A DNA stretch of 45,259 bases, taken from contig NC_057753.1 in NCBI RefSeq assembly GCF_004010195.1, positions 11,674,509 to 11,719,767 of the forward strand. The letters run 5' to 3'. A program made the position numbers and the translations under genes. Numbering within the stretch: the stretch's first letter is position 1; each line of letters opens with the position of its first letter. The DNA is from Chiloscyllium plagiosum (Eukaryota). Under the pieces are notes generated by a model. The model saw only the letters and a list, made by a program, of their open reading frames with translations, had not been told where the DNA came from and did no database searches. This document shows, one piece after another, positions 1 to 12,111 of the stretch.

Positions 1-117
1 GAGAGGAGGGAGAGAGGTGGGGATGAGAAGGATGGCGGAGAATGGGGGGAAATGGGAATTGCACAGTGTCTTTCTGTCTCTCGATGCTGACCTGTCTTTA
101 CTCGGCTCTGTTCCCAG

Positions 118-233
118 AGAAGCCATCACTCGCTATTGACCTGAGCACAGTGAAGCTGGAGGGGAGTGGGAGCATTGGAATGGAGAGCTCACAGCCCAGC
201 TCCCCCAGCAGGGGTGTGGTGACATCGCACCAG
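118..233 (+). CDS. IRF9: IRF9-like gene, internal linker-region exon (upstream exons, including the DNA-binding domain, lie outside the window)
   Basis: Polypyrimidine tract and ttcccag acceptor at 111-117, CAG|GTGAGG donor at 233/234. Open Ser/Pro-rich frame EKPSLAIDLSTVKLEGSGSIGMESSQPSSPSRGVVTSHQ. Its phase-0 end matches the next predicted exon. Confidence 0.6.
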
Positions 234-355
234 GTGAGGAACAGGAAGTGGGGGCATTACAAAGGTGTGATGCCTGAAGCAGGGATGTGGCAGGTGCCAC
301 AAGGGACACTTAGACGATTCTGGAAAGACTGACACCTCAGTTCTATTTTCACAGA

Positions 356-1100
356 CAGGTAGAGAGTGACGCTCCTGTTCTCCATGTCCCAGCAGTTAGA
401 GAGTGACGTTTCTGTGTCTCAGCAGGTAGAGTAACGCTCCTGTCCCCTGTGTCTCAGCAGGTAGAGAGCGACGCTCCTGTTCCTGTTTCCCAGCAGGTAG
501 AGAGTGACACACTTGTTCCCCGTGCCCCAGCAGGTAGAGAGTGACACTCCCGTTCCCCGTGTCCCAGCAAGTAGAGAGTGACGTTCCTGTGCCCCAGCAG
601 GTAGAGAGTGATACTCCTGTTCCCAGTGTCCCAGCAGGTAGAGAGTGACACTCCTGTTCCCGTTTCCCAGCAGGTAGACAGTGACACTCCGGTTTCTGTT
701 ATCCATCAGGTAGAGAGTGACGCTCCCGTTTCCCAGCAGGTAGAGAGTGACTCTCCTGTTCGCATTTCCCAGCAGGTAGAGAGCGATGCTCTTGTTCCTG
801 TGTCCCAGCAGGTAGAGAGTGATGCTCTTGTTCCTGTGTCCCAGCAGGTAGAGAGCGATGCTCTTGTTCCTGTGTCCCAGCAGGTAAAGAGTGACGCTCT
901 TGTTCCTGTGTCCCAGCAGGTAGAGAGTGACGCTCTTGTTCCTGTGTCCCAGCAGGTAGAGAGTGACGCTCCTGTTCCTGTGTCCCAGCAGGTAGAGAGT
1001 GATGCTCCTGTTCCCACTGTCCCAGCAGGTAGAGAATGATGCTCCTGTTCCTGTTTCCCAGTAGGTAGAGAGTGACGCTCTTGTACATCTTTTCCAGCAG
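356..1100 (+). repeat. ~36-bp minisatellite (CCCAGCAGGTAGAGAGTGACGCTCCTGTTCCTGTGT), ~21 units
   Basis: Directly visible tandem units of ~30-37 bp. The last unit is continuous with the downstream exon. Confidence 0.95.
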
Positions 1101-1248
1101 GCAATGGGTGAAGACCCACCACCCGACTCCCAACAGATGGACAGTGAAAGCAGCTGTGATCCTAGTTCAGGCTCCGAGATGTCCACAAGTGAAGAATGTT
1201 CCACTGAAATCCCCTCGCTGGAATTGACTGTGACACCCAACACTGAAG
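1065..1248 (+). CDS. IRF9: IRF9-like linker exon (alternative in-frame acceptors at 1098/1101)
   Basis: Frame (VESDALVHLFQQ)AMGEDPPPDSQQMDSESSCDPSSGSEMSTSEECSTEIPSLELTVTPNTE. Phase-1 donor AAG|GTATTG at 1248/1249, compatible with the next exons. Confidence 0.6.
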
Positions 1249-1261
1249 GTATTGAACTAAG

Positions 1262-2430
1262 GGGCACAGTCATCAAGCACGGAAACAGACCCTCTGCTCC
1301 AATGAGTCTGTGCCGACCAGATATCTAACCTAATCTAGTCCCATTTGCCAGCATTTGGCCCATGTCCCTCTACACCCTTGCTATTCATATACCCATCCAG
1401 ATGCCTTTTAAATTGTACCAGCCTCCATCACTTCTTCCACCCTCTGTGTGAAAACGTTGCTCCACAAGTACCTTTTAAATCCCTCCCATCTCACCTTAAA
1501 CCTCTGCCATCTGCTTTTGGACTCCTCTATCCTGAGGAAAAGGCCTATTTACCCTATCCACGTCCCTCATTATTTTATAAACCTCTATAAGGTCATCCCT
1601 TAGCCATCAACGCTCCAGGGAAAACAGCCCCAGCTTATTCAGCCTCTCTTCATAGCTCAAAACGTACAATTCTGGCAACATCCTTGTACATCTTTTCAGC
1701 ACACTTTCAAGTTGAACAAAATCTTCCCTACAGCAGGGAAACCAGAATTGAACACAGTATTCCAAAACGGGCCTCACCAATGTCCTGTACAGCCACAACA
1801 TGACTTCCCAACTCCTATACTCAATGCTCTGACCATTGAAGGCAAGTGTACCGAACGCCTTCTTCACCACCCTGTCTACCTGGGTCTCCACTTTCAAGGA
1901 ACTTTGGACTAGGTCTCCTTGTTCAGCAACACTCACCAGGGCCCTACCATGAACTGTGCAAGTCCAAAATATTGCTCTACCTCAGTTATCTAACTTCAAC
2001 TCCATCTGCCACTGCTCGGCCCATTGGTCAATTTGATCAAAGTCCCATTGTACCCTGGATAACCATCTTTACACTCCAATACACCACCTATTTTGTGTCA
2101 TTTGCAAACTCACTAACCATACTTCTTGTATTCACAACCAAATCATTTATATAAATGGCAAAAATCAGTGGACACAGAACTGCTGGTGATCTAACCTTGC
2201 TAACCAGTCTACGCATGCAGAACTTTGTTAAACACCTTGCTGAAGTCCATATCTGCTTTCATCAATCTTATTTGTGAACTCTTCAAAAACAAACTTAAAT
2301 CAAGTAACTGAGAGACAATTTCCCACCTATAAAGCCACATTGACTATCCCTAATCAGTCCTTGCTTCTCTCCCTCAGAATCTCCTCCAATGACTTACTCA
2401 CCACTGACATCAGGCTCACCAGACTATAAT
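1262..2430 (-). mobile_element. CR1-clade LINE 3' fragment (degenerate)
   Basis: Minus-strand translation ...LYRTLVRPVLEYCVQFWFPC..LESVLKRCTRMLPEL..LSYEERLNKLGLFSLER is the C-terminus of CR1 ORF2, followed by a typical 3' tail. Confidence 0.9.
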
Positions 2431-2816
2431 CCTCTGGTTTTTCCTTACCCTTACCTCTCCACAGCACAGTAGATCCCGCTGATCATGCTGGGGTAAAGCA
2501 GATCCTACAAGGTGGTCATCGACCCCAACAGAATCAGGGGAGCCACACCAAGGTCATGCAGGCCCCAAGTTCGAATGTGCGCCATCAAATCAGATGACTA
2601 GGCCCACAGGGTTGCCAGGACCCAGAGTTGGGTGAGCCCACGGTGTGATTAGGTCCTAACCAGCAGGCACCAGTGGAGTTAAGGAGATCGTTGTTTCGAG
2701 TGACTTTGGACTCCTGAAGTCCCACGTTCAGAAAGTGGCAGGAGTCAGTACGGTTGAGGGCTGAAGAGCGGTGCATAGAGCATGAACTAAATCTCTCTCT
2801 CTCTCATGGTTCACAG

Positions 2817-2876
2817 CCCTGGATAATTTCACAGTCAGCATCATCAGCTCAGTGCCAACAAGCCTCCCAGAGAAAG
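2817..2876 (+). CDS. IRF9: IRF9-like small 60-nt symmetric (phase 1-1) exon, predicted
   Basis: (CT)n tract and tcacag acceptor, AAG|GTAACA donor. Encodes (A)LDNFTVSIISSVPTSLPEK(G) in frame with both neighbours. Confidence 0.55.
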
Positions 2877-3072
2877 GTAACATAATATTTTCTGGAGTTT
2901 AAGCTTTTCCACTCTCTCTGAAAGCCACAGCAGGAACCTTAATGATAACTGAGCGATACGCTGACCGCCTGGCCTGCTTGCTGAGCCACACACACAGGCC
3001 TCACCACATTAAAACTCTCCATTCTTACTGGAGCTCAGACAGTTATACCTGCTTTACCTCTCCGCCCCACAG

Positions 3073-3453
3073 GCCCAAATTCGATGGTCATTGCCTTCTG
3101 CTACAGCGGTGTGGAGGTTCGCACTGAGATGATACGGCATGGCTGCAAGATCTCATCCTCAGCTCCTTTAACCCGCAGCGAGAACTCATTCGGCTCACAG
3201 GCCTTGGACAAACTGCGCTTCCCAGAAACGACCACCATCGCCAGCCCGGAGAAGCGGAGGGCAACTGAGGAGCTGCTGACCTTCCTGGAGCGGGGGGTCA
3301 TGCTGGACAGCAACGCCAATGGGATCTTCGTCCAGCGCCTGTGCCAGGGCCGGGTCTTCTGGACAGGGCCCTGTGCACCTCAGCCCAATCAGACGAATAA
3401 GTTGGAGAGGGAAAAGGTGGAAAAGTTGTTTGACCGCAAGAAATTTGAGCAGG
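3073..3453 (+). CDS. IRF9: IRF9-like exon encoding most of the IRF-association domain (IAD)
   Basis: SMVIAFCYSG...LRFP...LLTFLERGVMLDSNANGIFVQRLCQGRVFWTGPCAP..NKLERE..KLFD are IAD motifs of the IRF4/8/9/10 group. 'SN..GIFVQRLC' resembles IRF9. Acceptor ccacag and donor CAGG|GTAACT, both phase 1. Confidence 0.9.
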
Positions 3454-3999
3454 GTAACTATCTGGCAAGGTTGGTGGGGTGAGGGGGACAGTGCTAAACA
3501 TGCAAACGCTTTCTGATCTCTGGTAGGAATCCTAAAAAGCTCTGGTGAGACATTGCAGGATGCAAATTGATGTGATGTTTTGCTCTCAGATAAGAAAAAT
3601 GCAATGTTAAGACAACTGATAGCTACGTAGAAAGGAGGTGTGTCTCTCAAGCTGTGTGTGTTGTAGTGTGTGTGTGTGTGTGTAAGGGGACTGTGTTGGA
3701 GTGTGTCAGGTAAATGTAGCAGTATCGGGGGGTGGCATGTGTGGGTGAGTTTGTAGCAGTACGTTTGAGTGTGTCGGGTGAGTAGCAGTGTTGGGGGTGA
3801 ATGTATTTGTGTGTGAGAGAATGTATTCTTGTTCATGCAAATGCATATATGTGCAGTTGAGAACGTGTTGGTGTGTTTAAGTACACGCAAAGCTGTTTGT
3901 GTGTGAGAGAACGTATATGTTTGAAAATCTGTTAGTGTGCTTTCGTATATTTGTGTGAGTTTGTTTTTTCCTGCAAGTGAGGATTGGATTGTAATGTGG

Positions 4000-5465
4000 G
4001 GTAGGCAATGTGTTTGGACACGGTGTACGGTTTTGGGGTTGGTAGCGTGTATGGACAGGAATGTCAGTGTTGGGGTTGGTAGCGTGTATGGACAGGGAGT
4101 ACAGTATTGGGGATGGGCAGTGTGTATGGACAGGGAGTACAGTATTGGGGTTGGGCAGTATGTACAGAGAGTACAGTATTGGGGATTTGCAGTGTGTACA
4201 GTACAATAGGAAGTACAGTATTGAGGATATGCAGTGTATACGGATAGGGAGTACGGTATTGGGGATAGGCAGTGTATATGGTCAGGGAGTACGGTATTGG
4301 GGATAGGCAGTGTATATGGTCAGGGAGTACGGTATTGGGGATGTGCATTGTGTATGATCAGGGAGTACGGTATTGGGGATGTGTAGTGTGTATGGACAGG
4401 GAGTACGGTATTGGGGATGTGCAGTGTGTATGGACAGGGAGTACAGTGTTGGGGATGCGCAGTGTATATGGTCAGGGAGTACGGTGTTGGGGATGTGCAG
4501 TGTGTATGGACAGGGAGTACAGTGTTGGGGATGGGCAATGAGTACGGACAGGGAGTACAGTATTGGGGATGGGCAGTATGTACAGAGAGTACAGTATTGG
4601 GGATTTGCAGTATGTACAGTACAGTAGGAAGTACAGTATTGAGGACATGCAGTGTATACGGATAGGGAGTACGGTATTGGGGATAGGCAATGTATATAGT
4701 CAGGAAGTATGGTATTGGGGATAGGCAGTGTATATGGTCAGGGAGTATGGTATTGGGGATGTGCAGTGTATATGGTCAGGGAGTATGGTATTGGGGATGT
4801 GCAGTGTATATGGTCAGGGAGTACGGTATTGGGGATGTGCAGTGTGTATGGACAGGGAGTACGGTATTGGGGATGTGTAGTGTGTATGGACAGAGAGTAC
4901 GGTATTGGGGATGTGCAGTGTGTATGTACAGAGAGTACAGTATTGGGGTTGGGCAGTATGTACAGAGAGTACAGTATTGGGGATTTGCAGTGTGTACAGT
5001 ACAGTAGGAAGTAGAGTATTGAGGATATGCAGTGTATACGGATAGGGAGTATGGTATTGGGGATAGGCAATGTATATGGTCAGGGAGTATGGTATTGGGG
5101 ATAGGCAGTGTATATGGTCAGGGAGTACAGTATTGGGGATGTGCAGTGTGTATGGACAGGGAGTACGGTATTGGGGATGTGCAGTGTTGGGGATGTGTAG
5201 TGTGTATGGACAGGGAGTACAGTGTTGGGGATGTGTAGTGTGTATGGACAGGGAGTACAGTGTTGGGGATGCGCAGTGTGTATGGACAGGGAGTATGGTA
5301 TGGGGGATGTGTAGTGTGTATGGACAGGGAGTACAGTGTTGGGGATGCGCAGTGTGTATGGACAGGGAGTACAGTGTTGGGGATGCGCAGTGTGTATGGA
5401 CAATTAGTACAGTATTAGGGATGGGCGGTGTGTATGGGCAGCAAGTACAGTACTGGGGTGGGCAG
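4000..5465. repeat. Intronic minisatellite, ~39-bp unit (GGGAGTACGGTATTGGGGATGTGCAGTGTGTATGGACA-like) with higher-order blocks
   Basis: Directly visible tandem units. Confidence 0.95.
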
Positions 5466-5542
5466 TCAGTTTGGGTAGCATTTTTGGGCAGAAGCTGGGT
5501 TGTGTGCCAACCCTTACACAGGTTGTCAATTCTTTGTCCCAG

Positions 5543-5661
5543 ATATGGTACTCTACCAGACATCAGGAGGTGGTGTTATGCCTCAATATCGTGTCACACT
5601 ATGCTTTGGTGAAGAACTGACAGAGGCAGATGCTCCAGCAGAAAAGCTCATTACTGTTCAG
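5543..5661 (+). CDS. IRF9: IRF9-like penultimate exon (IAD C-terminal part)
   Basis: (D)MVLYQTSGGGVMPQYRVTLCFGEELTEADAPAEKLITVQ contains the conserved 'V.LCFGEE...KLI.VQ' IRF motif. Acceptor tcccag, donor CAG|GTGAGC. Confidence 0.9.
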
Positions 5662-5877
5662 GTGAGCAGTGAGAAACCTTTCACCCTAATTGCAACACCT
5701 CTTGTACCCCTTGCCAAGCCCATGGTTGGTTCTGAGCTTGTCCAGCCAGCAAATGCTGCCCTAACCTCTCCTCCACTGACTATCACAACTGACAGAGTTG
5801 CTTTGAAACACCTCTGCCCATCACAAGTTCCCAGCCTCCTACACACTCAACCAAAGAGGGGCAATACATTCTCATCT

Positions 5878-7165
5878 CAGCAAGGCAGCGACTGTGTAAC
5901 AGTGATGTACTGACTGAATCCCGGTCTTGGTGAGGCAGGGCAGCGGCTGTATACTAGTGATGTACTGACTGTATCCTGGTCTCGGTGAGGCAGGGCAGCG
6001 GCTGTATACCAGTGATGTAGCGACTGTATCCTGGTCTCGGTGAGGCAGGGCAGCGGCTCTGTAACACTGATGTAGTGACTGTATCCTGGTCTCGGCGAGG
6101 CACTGCAGCGGCTGTGTAACATTGATGTAGCTACTGTATCCCAGTATCAGCAAGGCAGGGCAGCGGCTGTGTAACACTGATGTAGCGACCGTATCCCAGT
6201 ATCGGCAAGGCAAGGCAGCGACTGTGTAACAGTGATGTAGCGACTGTATCCTGGTCTCGGCAGGGCAGCGACTGTGTATCAGTGATGTAGTGACTGCATC
6301 CCAGTCTCGGTGAGGCAGGGCAGCGGCTGTGTAATAGTGATGTAGTGACTGTATCCCAGTCTCGGTGAGGCAGGGCAGCGGCTGTGTAACAGTGATGTAG
6401 CGACTGTATCCCGGTCTCGGCAGGGCAGCGGCTGTGTAACTGTAATGTAGTGACTGCATCCCAGTCTCGGTGAGGCAAGGCAGCGACTGTATCCCGGTCT
6501 CGGCAAGGCACTGCAGCGGCTGTGTAACAGTGATGTAGTGACTGTATCCCAGTATCGGCAAGGCACTGTAGCGGCTGTGTAACAGTGACGTAGCGACTGT
6601 ATCCCAGTATCGGCAAGGCACTGCAGCGGCTGTGTAACACTGATGTAGCGACTGTATCCCAGTATCGGCAAGGCAAGGCCGCGACTGTGTAACAGTGATG
6701 TAGTGACTGTATCCCGGTCTCGGCAAGGCAAAGCAGCAGCTGTGTAACAGTAATGTAGCGACTGTATCCCGGTCTCAGCAAGGCAGGGCAGCGACTGTGT
6801 AACATTGATGTAGCGACTGTATCCCGGTTTCGGTGAGCCAGGGCAGCGACTCTGTAACATTGATGTAGTGACTGTATCCCGGTCTCAGCAAGACAGCAGC
6901 TGTATACCAGTGATGTAGTGACTGTACCCCAGCCTTGGCAAGGTAGCCGCTGTACCCCGGTCTCGGAGAGGTAGCGGGTGGCAACTGCTATCTCGTCTCA
7001 GCAGGATAGCCATAGTGCCTATAGCACAGTCGCGGCGAGGTAGCGACAGTGACTATATCACGATCTCGGTGAGGTAGTAATCATGTTTTGGTGATGTAGC
7101 AACTGTATCACAATCTTGACAAGGGAGTGACTATTTACATGATGATATACCAACTATCCCAGCCT
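5878..7165. repeat. Intronic minisatellite, ~55-60-bp unit (GGCAGCGGCTGTGTAACAGTGATGTAGCGACTGTATCCC...)
   Basis: Directly visible tandem units that degenerate towards 7165. Confidence 0.95.
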
Positions 7166-8406
7166 TGGTGAGAAAAGCTGCTTGACTAATGGTTTGACTT
7201 CAGCTCTGTTGTGAGAACCATGGTGATGAGGGAAATGGGGAGCAGAGATAGTCAAAGAACAGGCTGGCCCACTTTGACCCACTCCAGTTTAACGTCCCAG
7301 AGGCCTTTGACATGTTAAATACCTTATGATAGGACGCTGCGTCAAAACCAGCTCACTCTTACAAGGATCGCAGCAGTGCAGTTACTCCCATTCCCACCCT
7401 ACCTGCTGTGCACCTGACCGACCCCTGCTCAGTGTGCACCCCACCAACCCCCACCCGCCATGAACCCAACTTAAGCCCATTTGCCATGAACCCAATTACT
7501 CTGCCCACCATGCAGCTGACTGACCACAGTCCGTGTACCCCACCAATCCTGGCCCAACCCACCATGCACCCCACCGACTCTCACCCACAGTGAACCCCAC
7601 CCGCCGTGAAACCCACCGACCCCACCCAAGCCTACTTGCCATGAACCAAACCCCCACCAACCGTGCGCCNNNNNNNNNNNNNNNNNNNNNNNNNNNNNNN
7701 NNNNNNNNNNNNNNNNNNNNNNNNNNNNNNNNNNNNNNNNNNNNNNNNNNNNNNNNNNNNNNNNNNNNNNNNNNNNNNNNNNNNNNNNNNNNNNNNNNNN
7801 NNNNNNNNNNNNNNNNNNNNNNNNNNNNNNNNNNNNNNNNNNNNNNNNNNNNNNNNNNNNNNNNNNNNNNNNNNNNNNNNNNNNNNNNNNNNNNNNNNNN
7901 NNNNNNNNNNNNNNNNNNNNNNNNNNNNNNNNNNNNNNNNNNNNNNNNNNNNNNNNNNNNNNNNNNNNNNNNNNNNNNNNNNNNNNNNNNNNNNNNNNNN
8001 NNNNNNNNNNNNNNNNNNNNNNNNNNNNNNNNNNNNNNNNNNNNNNNNNNNNNNNNNNNNNNNNNNNNNNNNNNNNNNNNNNNNNNNNNNNNNNNNNNNN
8101 NNNNNNNNNNNNNNNNNNNNNNNNNNNNNNNNNNNNNNNNNNNNNNNNNNNNNNNNNNNNNNNNNNNNNNNNNNNNNNNNNNNNNNNNNNNNNNNNNNNN
8201 NNNNNNNNNNNNNNNNNNNNNNNNNNNNNNNNNNNNNNNNNNNNNNNNNNNNNNNNNNNNNNNNNNNNNNNNNNNNNNNNNNNNNNNNNNNNNNNNNNNN
8301 NNNNNNNNNNNNNNNNNNNNNNNNNNNNNNNNNNNNNNNNNNNNNNCACCGACCCCCCCAACCACCATGAACAGAAACAACCTTCAATGCGATTTGTCTC
8401 CCCCAG

Positions 8407-8568
8407 GTTTACCAAGTGGCCGCCAAGCAGCTGGTGGACCGGGAGCTGGAACTCCAGGCCGCCTCGTCGTTCCTCCTCAGCCAGCTGGGACCCGGACCCG
8501 AGCACTTCAGCGAGCGGCTGACGCACGCCTTTCGGGAGGCCTCCAGCAGCCTGTACGGGATCTCGTAG
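8407..8568 (+). CDS. IRF9: IRF9-like terminal coding exon
   Basis: Acceptor tctcccccag, phase 0. Encodes VYQVAAKQLVDRELELQAASSFLLSQLGPGPEHFSERLTHAFREASSSLYGIS*, matching the 'V.Q..A+.L+' helix that follows 'LI.VQ' in IRFs. Confidence 0.85.
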   Translation, partial: VYQVAAKQLVDRELELQAASSFLLSQLGPGPEHFSERLTHAFREASSSLYGIS

Positions 8569-9479
8569 AGGAAACGCTCGGCGTCGAGAGATGGAAAACC
8601 AAAGAGACGGCGGCGGCGGCGGCGTTTTGGGAGTGGGAGGGGAGGGAGGGAGAGAGAGAGAGAGAGAAGGGAGACAACCCCAACCAATGTCCATCTACCT
8701 CTTCCATGTCTTCGTGTCCCGGATGAAGGGGGTGACGCAATCGGGGGCGGGGCCTGGGCCGCGTGCGAAGCCCGTTGGAAACACCCCCCCAAAGCGGGCC
8801 GTCGCCTCTACCTCTTGGTGTCCCGGATGAAGGGCGGGACCGGAGGGGGGAGAGAAGTGTGAGGGCGGGACCGGAGGGGGAGAGAAGTGTGAGCGTTGGT
8901 GATGTAATCGGGGGGCGGGGCCTGGGCGAGGCGCGACGGTTAACCGTCGCCCCCTCTCTTACCATGATGGCCGTCGCTTCCACCTGTTGATGTCCCGGAT
9001 GGAGGATAAGGTTGGGGGAGGGGGAATGCGGAAAGACGGATTGTAACGGGCGTGGGGAAGAAGTGTAAAGGGACCGTTGGTGACGCGTCTAGCCGCCCGC
9101 CTAGGTGAACCGGGGCTTCGATGGACGGCGGGCCCGGGAACGGGAACAGCGCCTGCGCCTCTCCCTCTCCCTCTCCCCCCAAGAGCACTTCAGCCAGACG
9201 CTACCGCTCGCCCTCCAGGCTGTACGGTGCAGGGCGTCGTAAAGCGAAGGAGGGGCGGGGAAAGAAAACGGCGCCCTGCCTCCGGGCGGTAGTGTCCCGG
9301 ATGTAGGAGGCCTGGGAAGGCGGCGAGGGAGCGACCGTTGGTGACGTGTCACCCAAGGTGGGCGGGGCCCGGGCCGCGTGCCTGGAGCGACCGTTACCGT
9401 TTGAAAGTTCCATGACGGCCGCCGCCCCCCAGCAGCACCATCCTCCCTCTGGGACTGGGGGCCTCTCCCATACAATGAT

Positions 9480-9645
9480 GGGCGGCACGGTGGCACAGCG
9501 GTTAGCACTGCTGCCTCACAGCGCCAGAGACCCGGGTTCAATTCCCGCCTCAGGCGACTGACTGTGTGGAGTTTGCACGTTCTCCCCGTGTCTGCGTGGG
9601 TTTCCTCCGGGTGCTCCGGTTTCCTCCCACAGTCCAAAGATGTGC
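9480..9645 (+). mobile_element. tRNA-derived SINE (HE1/V-SINE-like), truncated by a gap
   Basis: A-box GTGGCACAGCGG and B-box GGTTCAATTCC head, followed by the core TGTGTGGAGTTTGCACGTTCTCCCCGTGTCTGCGTGGGTTTCC seen in many copies in this window. Confidence 0.9.
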
Positions 9646-11295
9646 NNNNNNNNNNNNNNNNNNNNNNNNNNNNNNNNNNNNNNNNNNNNNNNNNNNNNNN
9701 NNNNNNNNNNNNNNNNNNNNNNNNNNNNNNNNNNNNNNNNNNNNNNNNNNNNNNNNNNNNNNNNNNNNNNNNNNNNNNNNNNNNNNNNNNNNNNNNNNNN
9801 NNNNNNNNNNNNNNNNNNNNNNNNNNNNNNNNNNNNNNNNNNNNNNNNNNNNNNNNNNNNNNNNNNNNNNNNNNNNNNNNNNNNNNNNNNNNNNNNNNNN
9901 NNNNNNNNNNNNNNNNNNNNNNNNNNNNNNNNNNNNNNNNNNNNNNNNNNNNNNNNNNNNNNNNNNNNNNNNNNNNNNNNNNNNNNNNNNNNNNNNNNNN
10001 NNNNNNNNNNNNNNNNNNNNNNNNNNNNNNNNNNNNNNNNNNNNNNNNNNNNNNNNNNNNNNNNNNNNNNNNNNNNNNNNNNNNNNNNNNNNNNNNNNNN
10101 NNNNNNNNNNNNNNNNNNNNNNNNNNNNNNNNNNNNNNNNNNNNNNNNNNNNNNNNNNNNNNNNNNNNNNNNNNNNNNNNNNNNNNNNNNNNNNNNNNNN
10201 NNNNNNNNNNNNNNNNNNNNNNNNNNNNNNNNNNNNNNNNNNNNNNNNNNNNNNNNNNNNNNNNNNNNNNNNNNNNNNNNNNNNNNNNNNNNNNNNNNNN
10301 NNNNNNNNNNNTTTCCCCTTCCTCTCTCCCCTCTCCTCCTGCCCTCCCTCTCCTCCTTCCATCTCTGCCCTCCTTCCCTCTCTCCCTCATCTCCTTTCTC
10401 CTTCCCTCTCTTCTCTTTCCCCCCTTCCTCTCCTTTCTCCTTCCTTGGCGGCAAAATAGTATTCTTCAGTAGGAGATCGTCCACTCCATCCATTTCTTTT
10501 CTCGTGCCTTTTCTCCTTCTTTCTTCATGGCCATGCCGTGAACTCCTGGCCTCAGCGCGGGCCTGGTCTGGTGGTCTCACAGTGACCCGACATGGCCTCA
10601 GCACGGACTTCCAGCCTGAGGTTGAAGCCACGTCTGAACTTTTTATCTCTTTCATTTATTCTTGTGATCTGCAATGCTGCACTTTTTATTCCTTCACTTG
10701 TGTATTTTTTTCCTTAAGAATTTATTTAAGAATCTGTACCTGGGTACCTTTGTACCTAAGATGGAACCATGAGTGACAACTTGTAAACTTTTCACNNNNN
10801 NNNNNNNNNNNNNNNNNNNNNNNNNNNNNNNNNNNNNNNNNNNNNNNNNNNNNNNNNNNNNNNNNNNNNNNNNNNNNNNNNNNNNNNNNNNNNNNNNNNN
10901 NNNNNNNNNNNNNNNNNNNNNNNNNNNNNNNNNNNNNNNNNNNNNNNNNNNNNNNNNNNNNNNNNNNNNNNNNNNNNNNNNNNNNNNNNNNNNNNNNNNN
11001 NNNNNNNNNNNNNNNNNNNNNNNNNNNNNNNNNNNNNNNNNNNNNNNNNNNNNNNNNNNNNNNNNNNNNNNNNNNNNNNNNNNNNNNNNNNNNNNNNNNN
11101 NNNNNNNNNNNNNNNNNNNNNNNNNNNNNNNNNNNNNNNNNNNNNNNNNNNNNNNNNNNNNNNNNNNNNNNNNNNNNNNNNNNNNNNNNNNNNNNNNNNN
11201 NNNNNNNNNNNNNNNNNNNNNNNNNNNNNNNNNNNNNNNNNNNNNNNNNNNNNNNNNNNNNNNNNNNNNNNNNNNNNNNNNNNNNNNNNNNNNNN

Positions 11296-11603
11296 ATTAC
11301 TTAGTGTGGAAACAGGCCCTTCGGCCCAACGAGTCCACACTGACCCTCCAAAGAGCAACCCACCCAGACCCATTCCCCTACATTTACCCCTTCACCTAAC
11401 TCTACGGGCAATTTAGCTTGGCCAATTCACCGAACCTGCACATCTTTGGACTGTGAGAGGAGACCGGAGCACCCGGAGGAAACCCACGCAGACACGGGGA
11501 AAATGTGCAAACTCCACACAGACAGTTGCCTGACGTGGGAATTGAACCCGGGTCTCTGGTGCTGTGAGGCAACAGTGCTAACCACTGTGCCACTGTGCTG
11601 CCC
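11296..11603 (-). mobile_element. HE1/V-SINE-like SINE, near full length
   Basis: Reverse complement of the same SINE head, core and CR1-like tail. Confidence 0.9.
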
Positions 11604-11604
11604 A

Positions 11605-12035
11605 AAAGGAGAGGTTGAGTCGCCTGGGACCGTACTCGCTAGAATTTAGAAGAATGAGAGAGAGGATCTTATAGAAACATATAAAATTATGCAAGGGCAT
11701 AGATAAAATAGAGGCAGGCGGGTTTTCTTTCTGCTCATGGGTGAGACTGGGACGAGAGGGCATGGCCTCAAGATGGCGGGGGGGGGGGGGGGGGAGAGTA
11801 GATTTAGGACAGAGATGAGGAGGCTTTTCCCAGAGGAGCAGTGAATCTATGGAATTCTCTGACAAGGAAGCAGTAGAGGCAGCTTCATTCAATATATTCA
11901 AGGCACAGTTGGCTGGGTTTTTGCACAGTAGGGGAATTAAGAATTGTGGGGATAACGTAGGTTGGAGGAGCTGAGGCAATAGATAGATCAGCCATGATCT
12001 TATTGATTGATGGAGCAGGCTCGATGGCCTAATCC
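11605..12035 (+). mobile_element. CR1 LINE 3' end fragment
   Basis: Degenerate 'RL..LGLYSLEFRRMR.DLIETYKIM.G.D' coding remnant followed by a 3' tail. Confidence 0.8.
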
Positions 12036-12111
12036 AGGTTCAATTACAACGAAACAGAAGGTGACAGGTAAGTCGACAGACAGGTACAGAGATAGAGTCA
12101 CAGAGTCTGTC

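Noticed and set aside
419..1276. Long ORFs on both strands over the 36-bp repeat
   Set aside because: They are by-products of a repeat whose unit length is mostly a multiple of three. The minus-strand products have no recognisable domain.
3877..6984. Many Cys/His-rich or repetitive ORFs in the IRF9 introns
   Set aside because: They are translations of minisatellites in all frames, with no splice or homology support.
3073..8568. Assignment as IRF4, IRF8 or IRF10 rather than IRF9
   Set aside because: Not strictly excluded, since 'CQGRVFW..NKLERE' is shared by the subfamily. The 'SN..GIFVQRLC' and 'D.V.Y' residues and the long acidic Ser-rich linker favour IRF9, and a phylogeny of the IAD would decide.
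9480..9555. tRNA-like heads with A and B boxes as tRNA genes
   Set aside because: They continue directly into the SINE core and lack a complete cloverleaf.
7471..11399. Long ORFs spanning N runs
   Set aside because: Artefacts of assembly gaps translated as X.
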